Source: Folioceros fuciformis
Lineage: Eukaryota
Reading direction: 5' to 3'
NCBI GenBank assembly: GCA_049999805.1
Contig: JBNGIO010005789.1
Span: 41,443 to 74,441, forward strand
DNA: 32,999 nucleotides
In this document: positions 10,151 through 20,943 of the stretch, one piece after another
Position numbering within the stretch: position 1 is the stretch's first letter
How the letters are laid out: each line of letters begins with the position of its first letter
The notes under the pieces: model-generated
Database searches by the model: none
What the model saw: the letters and a program-made list of their open reading frames with translations, nothing else
Told to the model about the DNA's origin: nothing
Program-made: the position numbers and the translations under genes

Positions 10151-12266
10151 ATGGGCCTGGGCCTGCTGTCCACGTCTCCCCAGCTCGCGATAGCCCGCAG
10201 CCTGGTCCTTCAGAGGGGACATTATGGGGATGTGAGAAGGCTCAGCTGCAGCAGAAGCAGAGGCGGAATCAGCAGAAGCAGGCATGCAGTTGTGTGTGAA
10301 TTCTGTGTTTTGCTGCCCAGACCCCGACCCAGGAGAAGATGTTCCGTTTCCGTTCCAGCCCACCAGTTTGTGGGTCGCGCGGGGAGGATCTGCAAGAGGA
10401 AGTACGGGCTTGGTGTGGTTTCTTTTGCCGCATTGTCGTCGTTTGCAAGTGGAGAGGAGGGAGAGACGGCCGGTCAGGGTTTAGAGGATGTGGTGGAGGA
10501 TTTTGAGTCGATTTCCAGCGAGGAGGCCCAAGTCTTCATGCACAGTGGGAGCAGCAGTAGCAAGCTGGGAGCTGCCAGCAATGGAGCGAGCAGTGCGCAC
10601 ATGAAGATGGCAGGGGAGGCCGATGCCACTGGCGGGATGCAAGGGATGGCGGAAGCCTTCAATATTTCGTCACGCACGGCAGTGGGGATCACTGGGAGCA
10701 TAGCGGTGGCAGCGTTTGTGGTGCCCATTTTCCTGCAGTCGTCGGCTGCTGGGTTGACGCTCAAGACTCGGGTCCTGTCGTACGCCACGCTGCTGTTTGG
10801 GTTCTACATGGCTTGGAACATAGGAGCGAACGATGTGGCGAATGCAATGGGGACATCGGTGGGTTCTGGTGCACTCACGCTGCGCCAGGCAGTGCTCACG
10901 GCCGCAGTACTGGAATTTTCTGGAGCCTTCTTGGTTGGATCGCATGTCAGTCATACAATGCAGAGTGGGATCTTGGTTGCTGATGTGTTCAAGGGACGAG
11001 ATTCCATGCTGTTTTCAGGGATGCTAGCATCCCTAGCTGCTGCTGGGACGTGGCTGCAGGTATGTGTATCTCTTGCTGCCTTTTTTGGGCTGCTTCCTGC
11101 TTCCAGATCTCGGGGCTCTGACTCGCTGACGTCTTGTTGGGATGGCAGGTTGCATCGTTTTACGGATGGCCTGTGTCAACAACCCACTGTATCATTGGTG
11201 CAATGGTGGGCTTTGGGATTGTGTATGGAGGAATTGGAGCTGTTTATTGGACGTCTTTAGCCCGTGTAGTTTCGTCATGGGTTGTATCACCACTCATGGG
11301 CGCTGCAGTCTCCTTCGTCGTGTACAAATGCATCCGTGTGGTAGGATTTTCAGCTGTGAGCATATCAAAGGATTGGAAACTGATGCAAGGCCAGTTCGTT
11401 TGGTGGGCTGACCTTAATTGTGTTTCTCTTGTGATCAGTTTGTGTACAGGGCACCAAATCCAGGTCAGGCAGCAGCTAAAGCTGCTCCACTTGCCGTCTT
11501 TGTTGGTATCACAGCTCTATCGTTCACAACTCTGCATGGGTCTGGAGACCCCCTGATTGCTGTGGCCAAAGCTTTGGCCTTTGGGTTATTGGGTGCAGCT
11601 GCTATCAGCACGGTCATTAACCAGCAAGTAGGTCAGCTTCTTGGGGACTATTGTGAACTTCCTTCCCCGTCTGACGAACAGGAAAACAAAAATTTACGAC
11701 GTTTGAGCTTGAACTTGCTAGCCAAGGTTGGAGGTCCGACTGGGACTCAGTTGAGGATTGTATACAGTATATTCGGGTATTTGCAAGTTTTGTCTGCTTG
11801 CTTCATGTCATTTGCACATGGGGCAAATGATGTTGCCAACGCTATTGGACCAATCTCAGCTGCTTTGGCAATACTTCACGGCAGCAGTGGGCAGGTGGGC
11901 ATGTCAACGGAAGTGTTAGCTTGGGGTGGATTCGGTATTGTGGCCGGCTTGTTAGTTTGGGGATATCGGGTGATTGCAACAATCGGGAACAAAATCACAG
12001 AATTGACTCCGACGAGGGGATTCGCTGCAGAGTTTGCAGCTGCCACTGTGGTTGTGGTTGCTTCAAGGCTGGGGCTGCCCATTTCCGCTACACATACCTT
12101 GGTGGGCGCTGTCATGGGAGTGGGGTTTGCCAGGGGCCTCAACAGTGTTCGAGGTGAAGTGGTCAGGGAGATTGCGGCATCGTGGCTAGTCACAGTCCCA
12201 GTAGGAGCCATTCTTTCCGTGATGTATGCATCTGTTCTCGTCAGGTTGATCCCTTCCCTGGTATAG
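10151..12266 (+). CDS. PHT2;1: Plastid inorganic phosphate transporter, PiT/PHO4 family; exons 10151-11059, 11149-11340, 11439-12266 (alternative ATG at 10082)
   Basis: Two PiT signatures ([20 protein letters not shown] and [15 protein letters not shown]), PVSTTH and PISATH motifs, a long R/S-rich transit peptide, and GT-AG introns of 89 and 98 nt. Confidence 0.93.
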
Positions 12267-12289
12267 AAGGCCGTGTTCCCTTTCCCGTT

Positions 12290-12390
12290 TCCATGGGATG
12301 CAGAAGGCCTGGTGGGGATTGCATTGTTCACGCCAGGAAATCGGGAAGATCCTCTTCCTGACATGCTTAAGGTACTCAAGGGGCTGGGAA
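12290..12390 (+). pseudogene. Possible receptor-like kinase subdomain XI remnant downstream of PHT2;1
   Basis: Across frameshifts it reads ..GLHCSRQEIGK / PDMLKVLKGL, resembling the RLK 'GLxCxxxxPxxRPxMxxVLxxL' motif. Weak. Confidence 0.25.
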
Positions 12391-13135
12391 ATCAGCCAGT
12401 TGCATCTTACAGGACGTGCAGTTTCAGACTCGCATCTGCGTGTTATGGCGGGAGTTGTGATCAGAACGAATTCAGATTCTGGAGCAGGGCCTTTGAACGA
12501 ATTAGTCGATTCTAACAAGCTTTCCTAACATTGTGTTCCCGTGGAGAGACTGTCGATCAAGGCAGCAGACTATCTTGTAGATAATTTGATTCTTCTTTAT
12601 GTTTTGACTGATTATCCAAGTCCCCCTGACCCCTCCCCTAATCCTTGGCACTTAGTGGGTTCAAAGCTCGAGGCTGCTCTGATCTGCATGTTGATCCACT
12701 TTCTGGTCGTCGACAAGTTCGAGAAAAAGTTGTCATGTGTCGTGAGTCACTGCCTACTGTAAGATGTCACACCGGGATACACTGTTTTTCATGGTGAAAG
12801 AACTTCGATGTCTCAAGTCTCTTTCGTACAACACGAATCCCGCCTTCTGCACAGTGTGTCTTACTGGTGGTAAAGATTTCTGTGTAATCACAACATGAAC
12901 CGAGTGCTCTAGCCGAGATGATTTGTGTGTGTCCAAAGCAAGCGAGCTATCCAAAGCTACCTGTCATGTAGCTGTTGCTGTGTTTGAATCTTCTGCATGT
13001 CGGAGTAATCTCTTCAACTTCTTCTGCCCGGACTCCATCATACGAATTGCCCCGTTGGAAGGTCGAATTGGAGATGCGAATATTCCAACACAACATCGTA
13101 GCTTGCTCTTCACCGCAGGCTGCTTATCAATATTG

Positions 13136-13787
13136 TTACGGTAGACCCTTACAACTGCAACAGCCAGCTGCAAATCGATGCCCTCGGTACCCATCCCTTA
13201 CAACAATGTCCATTAATTCAAGCCTGGACATGATCTCCGTGGAGGTGTAGTAGTCACTGCACGTGCGTAGATTTTTGGTTACAATCCGATTCGTGCCCAT
13301 GGGAGTGTTCAAGAGACCGTACGCCAGAGCTAGCTTTCCAGCGTGCCCACAAAGGAGGTCTTCCTTCTCCTTCTCGCATTGTAGCTTCACGACCAAATTT
13401 GTGTGTGAGGTCAGTAGACGCCTTCCTGCTTTAGACGAGCATTAGCCCTCTCTACCTTCAGCAAGATCCTCTCCTTTCTCCCACCAGAAATCTCTGTACC
13501 TCGTCGCTCACCACAATGCTTGCCACTGCAGGTTTCCTGTTAGCTCCTGCAGCCCTTCTCTGTGTCTCAATTCTGTCTACATCGGCCCACCTGCATGCGT
13601 CTGCACAGGCATTGGCCATAAGCACACAGTCCGGTCTCCCCTGGGGTCCAGCCTAACAATGCTTTCAAAACAACACACAGCCCTGCCCTGCCCTGCCCTC
13701 TGCCTCATCTACACGGCCAGCACGCCAAACAAGATCAATCATGCAGGTGTAATGCATAGTGGGTCTGATGCCGATCCCATGCTGTTC
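13136..13787 (-). pseudogene. DYW:KP PPR pseudogene fragment (S2/E/DYW part)
   Basis: Colinear with 3219-3945. HAEKLA is HAGKLA, CSDC is CSDY and GRP is GLP. It has frameshifts and a ~90-nt deletion replaced by (CCCTG)n at ~13681-13700. Confidence 0.9.
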
Positions 13788-14054
13788 CCTTCCCTGGAGA
13801 CGCACCAATTGGTTGGGATACAAAACAGGTCCGGTTGCCAAACTGTGGCCATCGTTCAGGCACCGAGGTCGGATGTGTCTGACAGCCTACAGCAGAGTGC
13901 CGAGGTACGACAGTGGGAGACCAAGCTTGCTATGCGGGCCTGTAGGTGGTTTGAAGGCGAATGGACAGACATACGAGCTCTCCAAACTCCAGCTCCCTAA
14001 ACCCTGAATCAAAGAAGAAGTAAAAAATTGTATAAATCTATAATTTAGTCTATA

Positions 14055-15043
14055 ATGGAGAACAAGCTGGTGAGCTACGAGACGATGAACGCGGCGGAGG
14101 AGGGGGAGATTTACAGACAACAGGTGGAGGTTCACAAGCGAGCGGCAGAGCATGCGAAGGGCCTCCGTGGGCAGCTGGAGTTGCAATTATGTAGCATGTC
14201 TTGTTCAAACTCTATCTGCTGTGGAGCACCTGTCGCAGGAGAACATGGCAATGCTAGGGAGATTGCAGCAGGAAGAGGGCCGCCGAACCAAAGTTGAATT
14301 GAAAGTTGGCAAATTAATGCAAGAGGTTCGTTGCTTGGGTTGTCGTCGCGTAAATCCTCGAGATGGCCTGTTAATGCCATTGGAGTCTTTTGACATAAAT
14401 TGTGGTTGAAACCTATGGAATGCTTGCACGTAAGCGACTTGAGAAGTAGGATGAAGGAGTCAGAAGACATAAGTCTAAGTGCAATTGCAAGACCAGGTGA
14501 AGCTTACGATTCTTATGCCTTCGATTGCAAGACCAGGTGAAGCTTAGCGTGGTCCAAGAATCGTAAGCTGTGGCCGATGAGCTGGTAGCGCAAGCAAGGT
14601 TGATTTCGAGGACAGCAACTGGGTGATAGACAGTTGCCTCTTTACCCATCAAGGAGGAGGAGGGGATGGATGGGGACAAGTTGAAGGGGAAGGGGCTTGC
14701 AATCGACCCAGACTAGCTTTGCCAGCTCTTGGAGTCGTACCATAGTTTGCAGAAGAAGTACGACGACTTGCAGGAGGAGGTGAGGAAGCTACATGCAGCC
14801 ACTGCGCCTACGCCTAACCCTGCCTCAGTAGGCAGCGACGAGTCGGTGAGATCCTTGACCCGGTATAAAATGCTGGAGGGTGAGTTGGAAAAACAGCGGG
14901 ACATGCACCAAGAGTTGGAAGACATGCTGGAGCAGTGGCAAGGTGGTGCGCTAGTAGTACCATCCTCCGGCTTGGGATCTCGGTTGGAGGAACTCTTGAG
15001 CCAAGAGGAGAGTCGTATGTTGGTGGGAGAGGCCAAGATCTAA
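14055..15043 (+). pseudogene. Degenerate coiled-coil-encoding region of unknown origin
   Basis: E/Q/K/L-rich ORF pieces in several frames (14055-14297, 14729-15043) broken by stops. Internal duplication ATTGCAAGACCAGGTGAAGCTTA at ~14484 and ~14525. Confidence 0.35.
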
Positions 15044-16160
15044 GTTCTGACTCATGAGGTTGGAATCCGTCTATCAACTCACCTCACCTGGTCTTCCTTG
15101 CAAGTTCTTCTCAGATCGGGACCTAAATCATCAATCACTATCATGCTTTTGTGTGCCAGGTAGAAGAGTTGCAAGCAAGTAGAATGAGCAAGTCGGATTT
15201 GAAGACCAGCTCGGGACTGTTGGGGCTCTTGCCTTAGCGCAAGCGATAATGCTCTCTTCTGGCTTTGGAGCTTGGTTTGAGATGATGCTTATCCCTCTGT
15301 TTGGTCCGTTTCCTACGTGAATACCTGAAATTCTTGGACCACGATTTTGGAACAACCTGTGCCTCCACTTTTCGAACCCGACGCATTAGGACGACGGGTA
15401 TCTCATGACTACAGGACACCAGCAGATCCTCTCTGTTATAGTATCTGTATATTGGAAGGATGCATCCCAAGCTCGCCTTTAAAATTAGGTCCGTAGCTGT
15501 GAAATGTGCACTCCACCAATTCTCTCCAGCCAGGACACAATCTCCTGGGAGACAAGAGTAGGATTTCATGAGAATTTCATGAGATGCTCAAACCGGTCGG
15601 ACACAAGCTCTTGACAGGAGGAGGATTTCATTACATGCCCTACATAGAATAGAGCCAAAACTTCCGAACACAAGGTCTAGACAGGATAGCAGGTTTTCAT
15701 GAAATGGGCAAGGACCAAGAGTAGGTGAACTCTCACATGCGCCACCCAGAGGAAGGAACCTCATCTGGGTTTTTGAGAAATCCCAAAGTCTGGATGGCCC
15801 ACGATGTGGATCCGTGGAAGGAGAAGACCGCATTGATTTGCATGAAAGTTTGATGCTCACGTTGTAACATGCTGACAGGCGGCATGTGTGCGGCGTACTT
15901 GAAAAGTTCGTGTCCTCATGGACCGATCCAAACCCCATGCGCTCTGATTTTTGACACTAGCGAGATCACCGAGGACACACTAACCAAACGAGAACTAGGT
16001 TCTAAGTGTGGTCTTATCCCTCGGACGAAGATGAGTTTTTATGTTATTCGTCCCGTGTGTTAATCGACTACACAGGTAACTGTGCGTAGCGGTCAGTGTA
16101 AAGGAGTCAGTCACGACCTGTTACCGGCCTGTCATACCCTGGCGCTTTCTCCCGGCCGAC

Positions 16161-16168
16161 TAGGGTTT
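16161..16168 (-). promoter_or_regulatory. Telo-box (AAACCCTA) upstream of ribosomal protein gene
   Basis: TAGGGTTT lies ~230 nt upstream of the RPS28 ATG. Telo-boxes are typical of plant ribosomal protein promoters/5'UTRs. Confidence 0.55.
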
Positions 16169-16390
16169 TGGGGGGCCTCGTGCGTGAAGGTCATAGTTGC
16201 AGGCCGTCTCGGAGGCTGCGCTGAGTGAAGCGTATTCAGTCTTCCGCCCGCTGCACCGCGTTCCTGCCGCCGGTGAGACCTCTGCGTGAGCTTCTCGTAA
16301 TGTTTGTAGGGGAGGGGTTTTGCTGGCGTTGTAATTTTTTATCCCCTCGTCATGTGTGGATGTTGGATCTGGTGCAGGAGTCTGTAAGCC

Positions 16391-16588
16391 ATGGACTCAT
16401 CTGTGAAGCTGGCGGTCGTGGTCAAGGTGATTGGGCGCACGGGATCCAGGGGACAGGTCACCCAGGTGCGGGTCAAGTTTCTGGATGATCAAAACCGGCT
16501 GATCATGAGGAACGTAAAGGGACCGGTACGAGAGGGTGACATTCTGACTCTGCTGGAGTCGGAGAGGGAGGCAAGAAGGCTCCGGTGA
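16391..16588 (+). CDS. RPS28: 40S ribosomal protein S28 (eS28); probable 5'UTR intron 16273-16377
   Basis: 65 aa containing [60 protein letters not shown]...TGCAG lies just upstream of the ATG. Confidence 0.98.
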   Translation: MDSSVKLAVVVKVIGRTGSRGQVTQVRVKFLDDQNRLIMRNVKGPVREGDILTLLESEREARRLR

Positions 16589-16987
16589 TGCGGGTTCTAG
16601 TATACTAGCCGTTGCGAGGGGCTAGGGCTATGGACGGAAGAAGTCCTTTTCTTAATTGGCGACCTGAAAGAGCACGGTCGGAGCTGTGGACCGTGGTTAG
16701 GAGTTTCATGGTCAATAGGCTGAGGCGTCGGGAACATTTTGTTTCTTGTCGTGAATTATTCTGCTGGTTGCGTGGAAAGTCAGCCAGAGAAATTTAGGAA
16801 TGTGATTTGGCGGGTTGTTTCCGTTCGAATTCATGGCGTGCTGGGTACACGGTTTGGTGATTTAAAGACGATTGCGTGTTATGGTGTCTCAGATTCGGTG
16901 ATTAGGGTTTGCTTCTTTTGATCTCCTTGATGCACCTTGTTCACTAGAGTAGTAGCAGGCAAGTTAGGCTGTTTCAGTGGTGGATAG

Positions 16988-17555
16988 CAAGTGGAGGTGA
17001 TGAAACAAGTTATATGGACTTTCCACTGAACAGGTCCACTGAACAGGGAGGGGATGTGGACATGATGAGGCTGTTTCGGATCCGCTTCGTCACCATTTCT
17101 GCTCAGATCTACCTGGTGATGGTGTGTGCACTGACTGTGTAGGATAATAGTGAAGCAGCTGGGCCCCAACTGGACTTGACGATACAGAAAACTATTGACT
17201 TCCCACTGAAACTTTTCATGCGGACCTCATGAGGCTGTTCCTGATCCATTTCTGATCAGCTCTTCCAGGGGATGGTATGTGGAGTGACGGGTGTAGCATC
17301 ACAAGGAAGCCCTGAGGCGCGAACTGGACTTGATGAAATAAAAATTGTACTACTCGTCGCTGACACTCGTGTGTGGACCTTACGAGGGTGTTTCTGATCC
17401 ATTTCTGCTCAGTTCTAAACGTGTTGCTGTTGGGACTGACAATGTAAATGACATTGAAGCAGCTGGGTCCCAACTGGACGTGACGAAACAGAGGACCAAT
17501 CTTTGACCGCTAGCCGTCCCATGTGGACGTAACCAGGATGTCTCTGCTCCATTCA
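16988..17555. repeat. Degenerate tandem array, 4 copies (spacing 179, 154, 150 nt)
   Basis: Anchors (C/G)AA(C/G)TGGA at 16988, 17167, 17321 and 17471. Shared TG(T/C)GGAC...GAGGCTGTT.CTGATCCATTTCTG.TCAG and GAAGCAGCTGGG blocks. Confidence 0.8.
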
Positions 17556-17764
17556 CGGAGATTACTTTTGTGTGCCCGAGTAGTGTATTTTGGCGTTATT
17601 CAACGAGTTGGATGTCCACTGTCAGGGAGCTATTGGTCTCTTCTCTATCCCGTAGTGTACGTCTCGTGGTCAACACTTGATCCGATTCGTTGTATACAGC
17701 ATTGTCAGAACCCCCTCTGTCTGAGCTCTCCTGTGGTTGCTTCTGCAGGGCTCGGAGCGAGTGG

Positions 17765-18030
17765 GCAGACTTTCCAAATATCAACAAATTCTGGGTGCAT
17801 GGATTGTGAGAATCAAGCGTGTGCCATTATGCCATATGAGCGAATGCGGGAAGGGTTGCAGGAATATTTGGCAGCTGCAGCACTACGTAAAGACCATATT
17901 TTGGTTTCCAGCTTCCGGCAATGCTTTCGTGGCTGCTGTCCGACATTGCGCAAGCGGTGGTTGGCATCCAGACACACCAACCTTTTGATATTAGAAGAAA
18001 TTCACTTGCGATTACAAAACTCCTTTCTTA
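17765..18030 (+). pseudogene. Highly degenerate protein-kinase (RLK-like) fragment, subdomains IV-VIb
   Basis: With frameshifts it reads PNINK / GCMDCENQACAIMPYERMREGLQEYL / DIAQAV / IHLRLQN, loosely matching HPNIVKLxGxC...LIYEYM..GSL..YL...DIA.GL...IHRDLK. Confidence 0.3.
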
Positions 18031-18334
18031 CATAGATTGCGGACAACGCTACGCAAAATGAATAGGGAGGCTTAATTGGGTGTGATACCCACACCGGATC
18101 GTCCAGCCGAGTGTCTCCTACTCTTCAGGTCCATACCAACCACATGCTCGCGCAATAATCGATCAGCCTACGTCGCTGGACACCAAAAGAAACGCATGGC
18201 CAAATTTCCTGGCATTGCACATGCATTGCGGTGGAATCGCAATGCAGCAATCTCCTTCCCGGAGCTCAAAGAAATGAAGAGATGGAAGAAACTGGTTAGA
18301 ATTGTAGACGCATTGGTGAAGGGGAAGGCAGTTT

Positions 18335-19033
18335 TCAGTCCCACAAGCCGGGATCCCAGGCAGCGTCGTCATCGTCGTCGTCAAGGCATGCCTCGTCGTA
18401 GGAAAGCGGGCAGCTGTGATCCAGCAGCATCGCCTGGGCCATTCCTTTGAGCACATTATGCATGTCGAAAATGGAGTCCTCGTCCAAGTACTCCGGGCAG
18501 GGCTGCGGCTGCCAATCCAGGACCTCCTTTTGCTCTGATTGTGTTTCCTGGGAGCCCGATGCGCCGGCGGATTCCTCTTCCTGCAAGCGACTCGAGCCAC
18601 CTCCAGAATCTCCCTCGCCGGCCCTCCGCCCATCACGGTGCAGCGTTCCCGAATCCGACGCGTACCGGGCCGCTGTGGCCTGGATGGATTTGGGCGACAT
18701 GGAGGCCGGGCAAGGGAGAGATGTGCGGCATTCTGGGAAATTGAGCACGGCCTCCGGGCCCTTGAGGCAATGGGCGGCCACGTCGTACGCCCGCGCGGCC
18801 ATCTCCGGGTTGGTGAATGAACCCAGCCAAATCCTCGACTTCTTCCTGGGCTCTCGAATTTCCGAAACCCATTTCCCCCAGCTCCTCCTTCGCACTCCCC
18901 GGTACACCGGATGCCTCGTCTCCGCATCTGCTGCCGTCGGCCTCGCACGCCTCCGTACCTGCCCAGCCCCCTCCGTCCCCCCGATGCGGATCCCGGTCCC
19001 GTTCCAATCTGACCTGATCACTTCTATCTCAGC
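18335..19033 (-). CDS. AP2/ERF transcription factor, DREB subfamily (TINY/A-4/A-5-like); start codon unresolved
   Basis: [49 protein letters not shown]...LNFP (V14/E19 DREB type), [10 protein letters not shown] motif and an acidic C-terminus ending LWD. There is no ATG between the in-frame TGA (19034-36) and the AP2 domain. Confidence 0.85.
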   Translation of the reverse strand, partial: AEIEVIRSDWNGTGIRIGGTEGAGQVRRRARPTAADAETRHPVYRGVRRRSWGKWVSEIREPRKKSRIWLGSFTNPEMAARAYDVAAHCLKGPEAVLNFPECRTSLPCPASMSPKSIQATAARYASDSGTLHRDGRRAGEGDSGGGSSRLQEEESAGASGSQETQSEQKEVLDWQPQPCPEYLDEDSIFDMHNVLKGMAQAMLLDHSCPLSYDEACLDDDDDDAAWDPGLWD

Positions 19034-19039
19034 TCACAT

Positions 19040-19180
19040 TCTCCGAGTTCCTCGAAGCTTCTTCGCCTTTGGCCAGTTGTTCATGCTTCGAAGCTTCTTC
19101 GTTCCTGGCCAATTCCACATTCCTCGAAGCTCCTTCGATCTTGACTAATTCTGCATTCCTCGAAGAGTTTTCGTTCTTAG
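19040..19180. repeat. 33-bp tandem repeat, ~4 copies
   Basis: TTCCTCGAAGCTTCTTCG-type core recurs every 33 nt. One minus-strand frame reads an 11-aa repeat (AKNENSSRNAE-LVKIEGASRNVE-LARNEEASKHEQ-LAKGEEASRN) bounded by stops. Confidence 0.8.
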
Positions 19181-19387
19181 CCTATTCCCGCTTTCATGGA
19201 AGCTCTTGGGGCTCTGCTCCCCTTGCGCTGTATGGCTCGCTCTTAGCATAGTAAGACTTCTTCATGTTACTCCTTGCAAGCCCATGGCTCGCTCCTAGGA
19301 TCCTGAGACTACTTTCTCATGCCAAGACGACCCCTTTGCCGAGTGAAAAAAGAGTCTTCTCCACATTCTCCTCTGTCAAGGCTTAAC

Positions 19388-20847
19388 TCAGCTGGTTGCA
19401 TCCACTTCAGCCCACATACTTTGCGTTGGGACTTGCTGCCTTGCTGCTGCCTCTATAGCGTTCTTCCTAGCCAAGAGGGCAGCACTCAACGTTGGAGGTA
19501 GAAAATCCTTCCCTCTGTACAGGAGAACGAATCCCTTACACCTGGAGAGCACAACACCTCCGGTGAGCCGCTGCAACTCGTCAACCATAGCCCAAAGGCT
19601 AGAGCAAGGCAATTCCGGCTTCGCAGCGACTTTGGCAACTTCACATGTTTCCCACAACTCCAGGATGGCAACGGCAACAAACTCCAGCTTATGCACCTTT
19701 CCTTCAGCACCAAAAAGACATGTCAGTTAGGGCACGAGCACATCCAGATATCTTGCTAGGACCGGCCTAAGGAACACCAGAAATCTCACCCACAACAATG
19801 TGAGGAGGCAGGATGTTATTGGCTCTCCTCAACAAGGTCTGCTCATTGCGGCTCAAATCGTTTGTGCTGCCGCAAGGCAACAGTCTGAAGGGTCTCCTGT
19901 ACTGTTGAGCAGGAGGCCCGGTAAGAAGATCCCCGTCCACTGGAACAGGGTGTGCGCCCAGCCAGCCATGGTAACGAGGCCCAAGCCCCTCCAGCACATC
20001 ATTCACCTCCACTTGCCGAGGACTCAGACGTTCCGCAGGCCTCCAGTCAGGATTGTAATCCTTTCCACGGTACACAATCACCACCCCCTCCGACCTCCAA
20101 ATCACACTTCCTCCAGTCTTCCTCTGTCAAACAACAGCACGCAGCGCACCATGAAGACGAAGCTTCCGCTGAAGCTCACGAGGAGACGAGAAACCGAAGC
20201 CATAAAACCAGACTCACTTCCAGGTCATCCGCAATGTGACGCATGTCGGCAGCCGCTGGACCGTGGCACCTGACCTTCACCACCTCCGAGCTCCGCCACA
20301 CATTGTGAGTAATTTGCACAACTCCTTCCGTCACTCCGAGTCTGCCGATTTTGAAAGAATGCTTCAGGGAAAGACCAATCGTCTGCAACCTCCTGAGCTC
20401 CGTCTGTGAAGGACTGTATGCACCACCTTCCCCACCTTCTGCAACCACATTCTCAGACGCTGCCACGGAGAGAGAAGCGCCAGCGCCAGCAACATCTACC
20501 ACACCCAAATCCCCGACAGCGCTGAGCACCGGCAGCAGGTCCTGGTTAAGCCAGCCGTTCCTCTGCGACAAGAGAGAGCCTCCAGCACGCCCACACCGGG
20601 CTTCCATGGACGGAACCTGGACCACCAGCTCCTTCTCCACCGCACTCCCTTCTCTCCCCCGCTGCTGCAGCTTGGCCAGAACCCTGGCCAAGGCCGACGG
20701 TGGCTCGTCTGCAGGCGCGCTGAGGGTGGTGGTGGTGGTGATTGCCCTACTACGACTGCTGCCTCCGGAAGCTGCCACAACAGAGCGGGCGAGAAGAGAA
20801 GATGCTCCTCCGCCTGGCCATCCCAAGAGACATAGGGTCGACGCCAT
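19388..20847 (-). CDS. CRM-domain (CRS1/CFM-like) organellar group II intron splicing factor; exons 20847-20218, 20123-19790, 19701-19388
   Basis: CRM1: KIGRLGVTEGVVQITHNVWRSSEVVKVRC...LE/RKTGGSVIWRSEGVVIVYRGKDY. Linker LGPRYHGW..P.PVDGDLL..YRRPFRLLP. CRM2: LWETCEVAKVA...LQRLTGGVVLSR...LYRGKDFLP. Introns of 94 and 88 nt. Confidence 0.88.
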
Positions 20848-20943
20848 GGCCGTCCCAGCTGGACAAAAATCGGAGAAGATGCAGCCTAGGCTGTCGCTTT
20901 ATATACCTACCTGCTCCTATCGTCGGGCATCACGAAGGTGGAG

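Noticed and set aside
19034-19036. Idea that the ERF TGA is repaired to CGA by U-to-C editing from the neighbouring DYW:KP protein
   Set aside because: These editors are organelle-targeted, the upstream sequence does not match the predicted PPR target, and there is no evidence for nuclear mRNA editing.
18447-19148. 233-aa plus-strand ORF and other ORFs overlapping the ERF and CRM genes
   Set aside because: GC-rich antisense or alternative-frame shadows of real genes.
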